Assembly (NCBI GenBank): GCA_963664435.2
Contig: CAXXKM010000001.1
Coordinates: forward strand, 320,001-384,000
DNA: 64,000 nt
Direction of reading: 5' to 3'
Source of the DNA: Longimicrobiales bacterium
GTDB taxonomy: Bacteria > Gemmatimonadota > Gemmatimonadetes > Longimicrobiales > Gaopeijiaceae
Below the pieces are notes generated by a model. It saw nothing but the letters and a program-made list of their open reading frames with translations, did no database searches and was not told the origin of the DNA. This document shows, in pieces, positions 30,679 through 39,463 of this stretch (the stretch's first letter is position 1; each line of letters begins with the position of its first letter). Position numbers and translations under genes: made by a program.

Positions 30679-31794
30679 TCAGAACTGCAGCTGGAAGCTG
30701 AAGACCTGGATGTTCTCCAGCTGCTCCATCGACGTGTAGGCGTAGTCCACGCTCAGCGTGCCCAGCTCCCCGACCGGCAGCCGCAGGCCTCCACCCGCGG
30801 CGGCCGCGTGCATGAGGCCGTGGTCGATCTGGTCTTCGTTCGCGAAGCGCTTGCCGGCGCGCACGAAGGCCAGTCCCCTGAAGCCGTACTCGAGTCCGAG
30901 TGCGGTTTGCTGGGGCGCGTCGACGGGGTCGTTGATGTCGGCCATCAGGCGGAGCGACTGGTCCGCATCCGGAGAAACGATCGCATCCGCGCCCCCGATC
31001 AGGTCCAGCATCACGCTGAAACGGAACGACGTCGGGAGTTCGAGATGGTCGGTCGCCGCGGACAATTCCATGACCCTGATGAAATCCTCGATCTGGTTCT
31101 CTGAGAACGACGTGTTCACCCGGCTGTTAAGCAGGTTTCCCTCGAATCGACCCGAAGTCCCGAGGTTGGTGAGCGACGCTCCGAGGGTGACGCCGTAGAG
31201 CCCGGTGCGGAACACCGTGCTCATGTCGACGCCGACGTAGCTCGCGGTCGCGTTGGTGATTCCTTCCTCGACGACCTTGCCCGCCAGACCCACCGTCAGG
31301 CGGTCGGTGATGGGCTGCGCGAAGTGCAGTCCGATGGCGGTTCCCGTCCAGCTGAAGGACGCGGCGGTCGGATCCTGCTCGCCTCCGTAGCCGGCGTTGG
31401 GCCAGTACTCGCTCTGCCAGGGCATCTCCCCGGAGTCGAGGGTGTTTACGCTGATGCCGATGCGGGTGAATCCGAACGGCATCACCACGCCCACGAAGGT
31501 GTGCTGGATGTCGAGTTCTTCGAACAGCCGTGCCGTTGTCATCCCTGCGGAAAAGCCGTCGAGGCGCGACATGGCCGCGGTGTTCCAGTAGAGCGAAGTG
31601 ACGTCGTCGGCCGCCGCTCCGAAGGCGCCTCCCAGCGCCTGGCCTCGCGCGCCGACGCCCAGCGCGAGAAAGGCGGCGCCCCGGGTTCCAACCCGGGTCA
31701 CGATCTGTTCCGGCGTCGAGGTCAGCGTTTCCTGAGCCTCGAGCATCTCCGCCGTCGCCACGAGCGTGAGCGCTAGCAGCAGTGCACGGTTCAT
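30679..31794 (-). CDS. PorV/PorQ (FadL-like) family outer-membrane protein
   Basis: GAAFLALGVGARGQALGGAF...DDVTSLYWNTA N-terminal signature; VDYAY; terminal Phe. Confidence 0.85.
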   Translation of the reverse strand: MNRALLLALTLVATAEMLEAQETLTSTPEQIVTRVGTRGAAFLALGVGARGQALGGAFGAAADDVTSLYWNTAAMSRLDGFSAGMTTARLFEELDIQHTFVGVVMPFGFTRIGISVNTLDSGEMPWQSEYWPNAGYGGEQDPTAASFSWTGTAIGLHFAQPITDRLTVGLAGKVVEEGITNATASYVGVDMSTVFRTGLYGVTLGASLTNLGTSGRFEGNLLNSRVNTSFSENQIEDFIRVMELSAATDHLELPTSFRFSVMLDLIGGADAIVSPDADQSLRLMADINDPVDAPQQTALGLEYGFRGLAFVRAGKRFANEDQIDHGLMHAAAAGGGLRLPVGELGTLSVDYAYTSMEQLENIQVFSFQLQF

Positions 31795-31819
31795 TGATCT
31801 ATCTCCTTGGCCTTTAGGC

Positions 31820-34800
31820 TCAGCGAATGACGACGAACTTGCCCATCTTCTTCTGGCCGCCGGATTCGAGAACGAAGATGTACAGTCCCGCTCCCAGGTT
31901 CGTGCGCTCGCGGGTCTGCATGTCCCAGTTCAGGTCTCCCCCGCAATCTCCGGCACCGCAGTAGGCGGTGATCCCCTGGAGATCCTCGGGGCCATAGACG
32001 AGCTCCTGGATGAACCGTCCCGCCACGTCGAAGATGCGGATGGTCCCTTCCTGGGGAAGGTTGGTGAACTTCAGCACCCGCGCGTCGGTCGCGCGCTCGA
32101 ACGCGCTCCCGTAGAGGTACGGGTTGGGCACCACGTGTACGTCGTCGAGCGAAACCGCGCCGCTCGCCGCCGCCTCGGCCGCCGTGATCGCCCTCTGCAC
32201 GTCCACCACCACCTCGTCGCCCGACTGAAGCGGTACCAGCCAGGGAACCGTCAGCGTGACCTGCTCGGTCACCGGGATGTAGCCGGATTCGGTCGACCCT
32301 CCGGTGGTCGGATCGCAGGAGGGACGCGGGGCGTCGCAGCCAAGGGTCACGTCAAAGGTCACGACCGTGGCCGTCTCCGTTGCGGGCTGCCCGCCCGCGT
32401 CGAGGACGGTATTGCCCTCGTCGTCGGTCAACTCCCGGGTCACGGTCTCAACGAAATAGATCTGGTCGCCCGGCACCCACACGCCCGCCGGAACCTCCAC
32501 CCGGGCCGTGTCGACACCCTGTCCGACGAGCGCCGATTCCTGGTGGCCGACCACCGCGATCTGCACATCGCGGCCGTAGGTGTTGTTGCGCACCGAGAAC
32601 GGAAGCGAATACGACTCCAGGGTTTCGACGTCCGGATCGACCTCCTGAACGGCTGCCAGGATATCTTCGCCCGTGCTTGAGGTCGAAGCCGCCGGCCGTC
32701 CCGACAGGGACGAGGCCACGGTGGCCTCGATCGCGGGGTCCGGAAGGCGGAAGGGCGCGCCGGCGCCCCAGGCGTCCGCGTTCCAGACGATCGCGTACTC
32801 GCCATACTCGTCGCCGCCCGCATACCCGGAGGGACCGGTCAGCCACCACACGGTGGGCTGCACGCGCGCCGCGACGGTGTCGGCCGACCCGGTGGTGAAG
32901 ACCCTGGACGGCGGATCCAGCGTACCCCCGTCCGCGGCGTTCACCGACACCGTGAAGAAGGGAAAGTCCTCGCGGCTGAAGAAGGCGCCGGGGGTGGCCT
33001 CGTCGCCATCCAGAGTGGTCGAGGCGAGCAGGGGCGTCGATCCGGCGGCGACCACCATGCCGAAACCTCCTTCGAACACGGTGGTGCGCTGCATGGAACT
33101 CTGCATCGCGCTGTCGACCGGCAGTTCCTCCAGCCCCGACAGGGTCACGGTGCCGGACCGGTTGAAGTCCACGCCGGCGATCACGACCTCCTTCGGCTCT
33201 CCCTCCATGCCGGTGACGGTGCGCACCGTCTGGGCAGCCACCGTGGTCTGAGTGGAGGTGGGCGAACCGGTGTCGTCCAGGTTGTCCACCTGGTTGACCA
33301 CCAGCTTGTCGCCGAAGACGACCCGGTACTGCCCGGAAACGGGGGAGGTGCCGACGACGGAGAAATCGACCGGTACGGTGGAGTTTCCGCTGCGCGAGAC
33401 CTCGTTCAGTTCGGCCCGGCTGGCGCCTGCCGCCAGGTTGAGCGGCGCGTACACGACCGCCACGTTGGGGTTCGTGCCCGACGCGGACACGGCCCCGATC
33501 AGCTCTGGGGCGAACACCACCTCCTCCGCCAGGAGCGAGTCCGCATGCGTCCCGCGAACCACGTTGAACGTGGCTCCGCGCGTCTCGGTGACGATGGAGT
33601 AGGTGTAGGTCACGCCGGGAATCAGCAACGCGTCTTCGAATACGTTGGGCAGGGTGCCGTCGTCATCGGCTTCGAAAGTGGTGTAGGGCTGCCACCCGAA
33701 GTTCGACCACTTGGAGGTCTCGTCGAAGACCGGGTCGCCGTCGCAGTCCCCGTCCCGGGTCCAGGTGGATCCCCCGTCGCAGGACTTGAAGATGTGGATG
33801 GCCGCCACGTTGTTGCCGGCGCGTGCTGCGACCGAGTCGGCAAGCCAGTAGTTGCGCGCGATGTCGGCGCTCACATCCAGATTGGCGAGGTAGGGGTCGA
33901 CCCATTCCTCCGGCGTATCGTCGAAAAAGAGCGAGATTTCGTTCCCGTCGACCTCACCCGTCGAGGCGGCCTGGCCTCCGACGACATCAATCGCGGAAAT
34001 CACCGGCGGCGGAGCGGTTTCCGGCCCCAGGTACATCTGCTGGTAGAAGGCGATGGCATTGTCCAGGGCGGATTCCATCGATGTGGAGTCTGCAGCACCG
34101 ACCAGCGCGACCACGAAGGGGACGGTGTCGCCGGGGGCCATGTGCACCGGACCCACCGCGACATCGGCGATGTTGCCGTAGCTGTTCGTGTAACCGGAGG
34201 GAAGCGTGTCCGCCCACAGCGCCACGCATCCGCGGCTGCCGCAGGCGTCGGCGTATATGGTGTCCGGCTGCCCGTCGTGATTCCAGTCCCAGGTGGGCGC
34301 GCCCGCTTCACCCTCACCCGGGACGTACTTGTTATAGACGCCCGTGCGCTCCGGCCACGCTTCGGGCCGGAAGATGCGGTGGTAGGTGCGATCATCGAGG
34401 TCTCCCGGCGTCTCGCCGTCCAGCGTGTATTCGCCGATCGAGGCGAAATGCCCGAAGTGGGCGCGCTGGCTCCGGCTCCAGGTGCGCGGGATACATCCTC
34501 CGAATCCGCACTGGCGCTGGTGCTGGAACATGATGGTGTCGCCGGCGCGCGGGTGCGCGGGATTGTAGAAGTCGCTCGAAGGGTCGCTGAACAGCTTGTA
34601 GCGCGCGTCGCCGATAGGGGTCTTGAGGAACACGATGGCCGCGCCCGCGGCGCCGTTGTCCCAGTCGTCGTCGCCGGTCCGGTTGCAGCCCGAACCAGGC
34701 GGGTCGATCGCGTCCGCGCATCGGCTTCCGGTCTCCTTCCACAGCATCGCGCTACGCACGGGATCGAAGTAGTGGGCGTCTCCCTGCCCCTGCAGCAGCG

Positions 34801-35860
34801 GGTCGACGTTGATGCCGATGTAGACCGAATCGTAGGTCATCCCCACGCCGTAGACCTTCTCGGACTCGTTGACGATGACGGACTGGAAGTACATCACGTT
34901 GCCGACCGTCGGCAGCCCGAAATAGAACCCGTCGTAGAACTGGGTGAGTCCCAGGGGCCAGCCCGCGTAGCTGGGCGATCCGGCGCCCCCCGGGACGACC
35001 GTGCCGTAGCGCTCGAGGGCGTTGCGGTACCAGTCGCTCAACTCGCCGTAGGTCTGCCAGTCGCCCAGGAACTTCTCGGTGGCCTGCATCTCCTCCGGGA
35101 CGCGCCAGAAGGCGAACGGATCGTACCCGTACGGATCCATGGAATCGTACATGGCCCCGAACTCCGGCGCGGAAGCCTGGAGCTCCAGATACGATTCGGC
35201 CGGGATCGGGTGGCTGCCCTTCCATCCGGCAGCGGGGTGGGTGGAATCGCAGTCCGATGTCGGGGTGAGCTGAAAGCCCGAGAACATCCAGCCGTCACGC
35301 TGGGACGAGTGATTCGTGCAGGTGGCGTCCTCGGTTGTCTTGGCCGCCAGGTTCAGCAGATCGACCGGGCTCCGGTCCGAGGCCCACAGCTTGTCACCCC
35401 CGCCCTGTACGGCTCCCCCGATGATGAGGGTGGTCATGTTGACGGTGAAGCCCCCGCCGCCGAGGCCACTGGTGGCCGGATCGATGACCTCGGGCAGGTC
35501 GCTGGCGGGCGCGCCCCACTTCATGCCCATGTCGAAGATGGCGGAGGTGTACGCGCCATTGATCTGTCGAACATACCATCCGGTGCGGCAGCCGAAGTTG
35601 AAGCGGCTGGAGAAGCCCTGAATGTTCTGAAGGCACCAGACGTTGGATCCGTTCGAACGAACCCCGGCCGCGCCCTCGTCGCCGAACGCCCGCAGCTGGA
35701 ACAGGTTCGGCCGGGTCGGGACCACGAGATCGTTACCCGCGCCTCCCGCGTCGATGACCGTCACCTCTTCCTGGGCGCGCGCCTCGCCGGGCGTACCCGG
35801 CGGAATCACTAACAGGCTCGCGATGAGGAAGGCTCCCCTACGCGTAAGAAGTTTCTTCAT
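31820..35860 (-). CDS. ~1350-aa exported protein with a T9SS-type/FlgD-Ig-like C-terminal domain
   Basis: Signal peptide ending ARA/Q; C-terminus VVPNPY...FTNLP...TIRIFDVAG...WDM...GLYIF...KFVVIR. Confidence 0.85.
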   Translation of the reverse strand: MKKLLTRRGAFLIASLLVIPPGTPGEARAQEEVTVIDAGGAGNDLVVPTRPNLFQLRAFGDEGAAGVRSNGSNVWCLQNIQGFSSRFNFGCRTGWYVRQINGAYTSAIFDMGMKWGAPASDLPEVIDPATSGLGGGGFTVNMTTLIIGGAVQGGGDKLWASDRSPVDLLNLAAKTTEDATCTNHSSQRDGWMFSGFQLTPTSDCDSTHPAAGWKGSHPIPAESYLELQASAPEFGAMYDSMDPYGYDPFAFWRVPEEMQATEKFLGDWQTYGELSDWYRNALERYGTVVPGGAGSPSYAGWPLGLTQFYDGFYFGLPTVGNVMYFQSVIVNESEKVYGVGMTYDSVYIGINVDPLLQGQGDAHYFDPVRSAMLWKETGSRCADAIDPPGSGCNRTGDDDWDNGAAGAAIVFLKTPIGDARYKLFSDPSSDFYNPAHPRAGDTIMFQHQRQCGFGGCIPRTWSRSQRAHFGHFASIGEYTLDGETPGDLDDRTYHRIFRPEAWPERTGVYNKYVPGEGEAGAPTWDWNHDGQPDTIYADACGSRGCVALWADTLPSGYTNSYGNIADVAVGPVHMAPGDTVPFVVALVGAADSTSMESALDNAIAFYQQMYLGPETAPPPVISAIDVVGGQAASTGEVDGNEISLFFDDTPEEWVDPYLANLDVSADIARNYWLADSVAARAGNNVAAIHIFKSCDGGSTWTRDGDCDGDPVFDETSKWSNFGWQPYTTFEADDDGTLPNVFEDALLIPGVTYTYSIVTETRGATFNVVRGTHADSLLAEEVVFAPELIGAVSASGTNPNVAVVYAPLNLAAGASRAELNEVSRSGNSTVPVDFSVVGTSPVSGQYRVVFGDKLVVNQVDNLDDTGSPTSTQTTVAAQTVRTVTGMEGEPKEVVIAGVDFNRSGTVTLSGLEELPVDSAMQSSMQRTTVFEGGFGMVVAAGSTPLLASTTLDGDEATPGAFFSREDFPFFTVSVNAADGGTLDPPSRVFTTGSADTVAARVQPTVWWLTGPSGYAGGDEYGEYAIVWNADAWGAGAPFRLPDPAIEATVASSLSGRPAASTSSTGEDILAAVQEVDPDVETLESYSLPFSVRNNTYGRDVQIAVVGHQESALVGQGVDTARVEVPAGVWVPGDQIYFVETVTRELTDDEGNTVLDAGGQPATETATVVTFDVTLGCDAPRPSCDPTTGGSTESGYIPVTEQVTLTVPWLVPLQSGDEVVVDVQRAITAAEAAASGAVSLDDVHVVPNPYLYGSAFERATDARVLKFTNLPQEGTIRIFDVAGRFIQELVYGPEDLQGITAYCGAGDCGGDLNWDMQTRERTNLGAGLYIFVLESGGQKKMGKFVVIR

Positions 35861-35917
35861 GAGAACTCCGATTGGACAAGTTTGGCGTCTCTTTGCATAC
35901 CGGCGGCCCATGGCCCG

Positions 35918-38900
35918 CTAGAAGGTGACCCTCATGCCGGCCGTGATCGTCCTGCGCTGCCCGATGAAGTGCGGGCGGTCGAAGAAGGTGGAATCCGTGC
36001 TGGTTCCCACCGTGTTGCCAGCGCGGCGCCGGCTCTGGTCCTCGGTGCCGTCGGTGCACTTCCCGGTCGACTCGTATACCTGAATACAGTTCAGGCGGTC
36101 GGTGAGGTTGTTGACGTTCACGAAGAAGCCGTAGCGGACGTTGTTGATGGTCCAGTCCTTGCGTGCCTGCATGTTGAGGGTCATGAGCATGGGCGCGCGC
36201 CCGCTGTAGCGGTCGAACTGTTCGAGTTCGCCGAAGCCCTCGAACGTCAGTGTCGGCGTGTAGGGCAACCCGCTCGACGCGGAGAAGATCACCGAAAGGT
36301 TGGTGTTGGCGAGCAGGTCGCCGAACGGGACGTCGGGCACGTCGTCGCGCACCGCGAGGCGGAAGACGCCGGTGAACTTGTGGGGCTGGTCGATCTCGCA
36401 GGGGATCTCGTCCCTGATGAAGGGATCGCCCTCATCCGTCTGGGCCTCGAACTCCCGCTCCGGGTCCGCGGCGTTGGTGCGGCAGGCCGAGAGCCCGTAG
36501 TTCACGTCGAAGCCCCAGTAGTTCTCCACACGCCGGCGCAGCGCGATCTCGATGCCCCGCGTGGTCGCGAAGTCCTGGTTGGTCAGGATGGCGTAATCGG
36601 GCGCCGAGAAGCCGTAGGTCGCGCCCGGATCGATGACCGTGTAGGGCGGGCTGCCGACGCGGGCCACCCCTGTGAGGCCGCTCTGGTCCTTCGAGAAGAT
36701 GACGGCTGAGAGCGCATACTGGCCGTCGATCTCCTGCGAGTAGCCGATCTCGTAGGTCGTCGCCTGCTCGGTAACCAGGTGCGGGTTGCCCAGGAAGGGC
36801 GTTGTGCCCGCGGACGCGTTCACGAAGATCGCCGGGCCGGCGATCGTCCCCTCGCGTGCCGTGCCGATGCCCGAGTTGCGGTAGTTGTTGATGAGAATCG
36901 GGTTCTGCGAGAGACGCTGGAAGTTCAGGAACAGGCTCGAGCTCTCCGTGACCGGGAAGCTGACGCCGATCCGGGGAGAGAACTGCGAGCGGGTGTCCGC
37001 CTCGGAGAAGTCGTCGGAAGACGCGATGCGCGTGGCTTCGTCGCGGACCTCGAAGGTGCAGCCGGCCAGCGTCCAGCTCGGATCGGCCGAGACCGTCGAC
37101 GTGCTGACGGTTTCGGTCGCCGCATCGTACTCGCGCACGGTGACGTTCTGCCACTGCGACGGATTGCTGCACACGTCGAGCGCGGTGGTGCCGTTGGTCG
37201 GATCGACGGGGTTGGCGAAGAAGAGCCCGCTCGCCCTCCCGTAGTCGAAGCGCGCGCCCAGCTTGAGGGTCAGGAAATCGTATTCGATCTGATCCTGGAT
37301 ATAGACGGCGCCGTCCCAGGGCTGCGCCTCGAAGAGCTGGTGCAGCTTGACCACGTCGTTGACGCCCACGTCGTCCCATTCGTCGTACGTAAGGTCGTGA
37401 CCCTGGTAGAACACGCCGCCTGAGATGTTGTGGTTGTCGGAGACCTGCGACTGGAAGTCGAAGCGCCCGGTTGTGGTCAGAACGCTCTCCCCGCCCCAGA
37501 AGCGGTCAGTCCCGGCGGTGGGCGTGTTGTTGTACACCGCGGGGCCCGGAGCCACGAAGCCCCCATTGAAGTTGGGGTCCTCATAGTGGTTCTGCAGGCA
37601 GACGCCGCTCATGACGTTGCAGGTCTCGCGGCTCTGGTCGAAGCGCCCCACCGTGATCTTGTAGGCGGAGCGCCCGAAGGTGTGATCCCAGCGCGCGATC
37701 AACAGGTTGCGGTCCAGGCGCAGGGAGTTCTGAACCAGGTTCTGGTAGTCCAGCGTCCTCGGCCGCGCGAGGTAGTACGCGCTGTCGGTGGCCGTGGTCA
37801 TGTACTCGAGCGGGTTGACGGCGAGGGTCCAGTCGAAGTCGTAAGGCTTGAACTCGCGCTCGTACCCCGCCCAGGAGACGTTCAGCTTGGCCGCCGGGGT
37901 CGCATAGTAGGTCAGCTTGGCGTAGCCGTCCCGGACTTCGTCGAATCCGGTCGCCCGCCAGCCGGGAATGACGTCGTTGGCGTCGGGAGTGTTGAAATCG
38001 GTGGACGGGTTCGACGGGTCGAAGACGTCATAGTCGAATTCGTACGCACGGGCGGCCCCGTACCGCTGCCGGCCCGCGATGAGGAAGCGCAGGTTGTCGC
38101 CGGTCATGGGGATGGGCCCCGAGATGACGCCCTCGAACATGTCGAACCCGCGGGTCTGGTCGTACTGGTTGCCCAGCCAGCCGCCGACGGTGGAGGAGCG
38201 GAACTCCAGCTCGCCCTGCAGCTCGTCGGAGCCCTCGGGCGTGGCGTAGTTGACGACGCCGGAGAGGGCGTTGCCGTACTGCACGTCCAGCTGCCCGGTG
38301 AAGATCGCCACCTGCTCGATGGCCTTGTTGGTGATGTCGAAGGCGGGCCCGCCGAGCGCGAAATTGTTGATCGGGATGCCATCGATCATGACCGTCGTCT
38401 CGGCTCCGCGGCCGCCGCGGATGCGCAGGGCCGTAACCCCCTGCCTCTGCTGCGCGAAGGAGACCACCGTGGTGTTGTCCTCCGGAACCTGCAGGAAGCC
38501 CTGCTCCAGCTCGAGCACGCCCATGATGTCGGTGACCGGAAGCGCGTCGATCTCATCCCTTGAGATCATCTCGAGCGAACCGGTCTGGCCCTCCACCACC
38601 AGCGGGGTGCGGCTGGTGGACACGATGACTTCACCCAGTGCGATGGCCTCGGTGGCCAGCTGGAAGTTCTGCTGCACCGTGACGTCGATCGAGACGGAGA
38701 CGTTCTCCCGCCGCTCGCTGGCGTAGCCGATGAGCTCAGCGACCAGCGTGTAGGTGCCGGGGGGAACGTTGATGATGAAAAAGCGCCCGTTGTCCTGCGT
38801 CAGCGACCCGCGTCCGGTCCCGTCGATGAAGACCGAGACGTTTGCGAGGGGCTCGCCGGTGGCCTGATCCGTGACCACGCCGGTCATTTTTCCGGTCTGG

Positions 38901-38983
38901 GCGGCTGCGGGGGCGGCGGAGAGCAGAATCGCCGCCACGGCGACCCCGAGCAGCGCCGGGATCGGGGAGAGAATACGCGTCAT
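35918..38983 (-). CDS. TonB-dependent receptor with N-terminal CarboxypepD_reg-like domain
   Basis: TGKMTGVVTDQATGEPL...VPPGTY; plug IRGGRG..IDGIPI; YGNALSGVVN; SPRIGVSFP; terminal Phe; AAGGAGG RBS. Confidence 0.92.
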   Translation of the reverse strand: MTRILSPIPALLGVAVAAILLSAAPAAAQTGKMTGVVTDQATGEPLANVSVFIDGTGRGSLTQDNGRFFIINVPPGTYTLVAELIGYASERRENVSVSIDVTVQQNFQLATEAIALGEVIVSTSRTPLVVEGQTGSLEMISRDEIDALPVTDIMGVLELEQGFLQVPEDNTTVVSFAQQRQGVTALRIRGGRGAETTVMIDGIPINNFALGGPAFDITNKAIEQVAIFTGQLDVQYGNALSGVVNYATPEGSDELQGELEFRSSTVGGWLGNQYDQTRGFDMFEGVISGPIPMTGDNLRFLIAGRQRYGAARAYEFDYDVFDPSNPSTDFNTPDANDVIPGWRATGFDEVRDGYAKLTYYATPAAKLNVSWAGYEREFKPYDFDWTLAVNPLEYMTTATDSAYYLARPRTLDYQNLVQNSLRLDRNLLIARWDHTFGRSAYKITVGRFDQSRETCNVMSGVCLQNHYEDPNFNGGFVAPGPAVYNNTPTAGTDRFWGGESVLTTTGRFDFQSQVSDNHNISGGVFYQGHDLTYDEWDDVGVNDVVKLHQLFEAQPWDGAVYIQDQIEYDFLTLKLGARFDYGRASGLFFANPVDPTNGTTALDVCSNPSQWQNVTVREYDAATETVSTSTVSADPSWTLAGCTFEVRDEATRIASSDDFSEADTRSQFSPRIGVSFPVTESSSLFLNFQRLSQNPILINNYRNSGIGTAREGTIAGPAIFVNASAGTTPFLGNPHLVTEQATTYEIGYSQEIDGQYALSAVIFSKDQSGLTGVARVGSPPYTVIDPGATYGFSAPDYAILTNQDFATTRGIEIALRRRVENYWGFDVNYGLSACRTNAADPEREFEAQTDEGDPFIRDEIPCEIDQPHKFTGVFRLAVRDDVPDVPFGDLLANTNLSVIFSASSGLPYTPTLTFEGFGELEQFDRYSGRAPMLMTLNMQARKDWTINNVRYGFFVNVNNLTDRLNCIQVYESTGKCTDGTEDQSRRRAGNTVGTSTDSTFFDRPHFIGQRRTITAGMRVTF

Positions 38984-39004
38984 GATCGCCTCCTTGAACC
39001 AGCG

Positions 39005-39080
39005 AAAAGCGGGCGACGCCTGACAGGTGCGCCCGCTCCCGAAGCGCCGACACGAACGATTGGCATTCGTGTCAGGGCGT
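39005..39080 (-). promoter_or_regulatory. Two leader hairpins with an alternative pairing (attenuator-like)
   Basis: Stems 39008-15/39030-37 (followed by a short T run on the minus strand) and 39049-56/39066-73; alternative 39019-25/39070-76. Confidence 0.45.
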
Positions 39081-39282
39081 TTTGAAATCGTTGTGGAATT
39101 GTTGGTGGGTGTCGTCCGAACGATGGATCGCGTTACAGGCAACCTCCATGGCTAACAGTACACTCGGAAAGCGCTTCCGAAACCATTACCCGGGGGCGGC
39201 CGGCGACCCGCGCTCCCAATCCCTTTTTCGATACTCCCCCCACCAAGTCGCTGACCTTGGATACGTCAGCCCGGATTGCAGC

Positions 39283-39310
39283 ATTCTAACACCGCCTTTA
39301 CGGGTTGCAA
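39283..39310 (-). promoter_or_regulatory. Candidate sigma70 promoter for the TBDR operon
   Basis: Minus strand TTGCAA-16 bp-TAGAAT with extended TGn. Confidence 0.55.
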
Positions 39311-39463
39311 AGGGGGTGTTCCGGTCCGGGATCCGGGACGTGCGACGCGGGGTATCTGCAGTCGGGACCGGCGGAATGCGACGAATCGCTGTTACGGTTT
39401 CGTTACGTGAGCCCGGACCAGACCGTGACGTCTACCCTCCGCCACGCCAGCCCCCGGACGAAC

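Noticed and set aside
28113..38983. Canonical SusC/SusD PUL or complete T9SS
   Set aside because: No SusD-like protein follows the TBDR, no recognisable CAZyme, and no sprA/porKLMN in the window
38984..39282. Cobalamin or TPP riboswitch before the TBDR
   Set aside because: No B12-box or GCCACTG elements and no CTGAGA TPP core were seen
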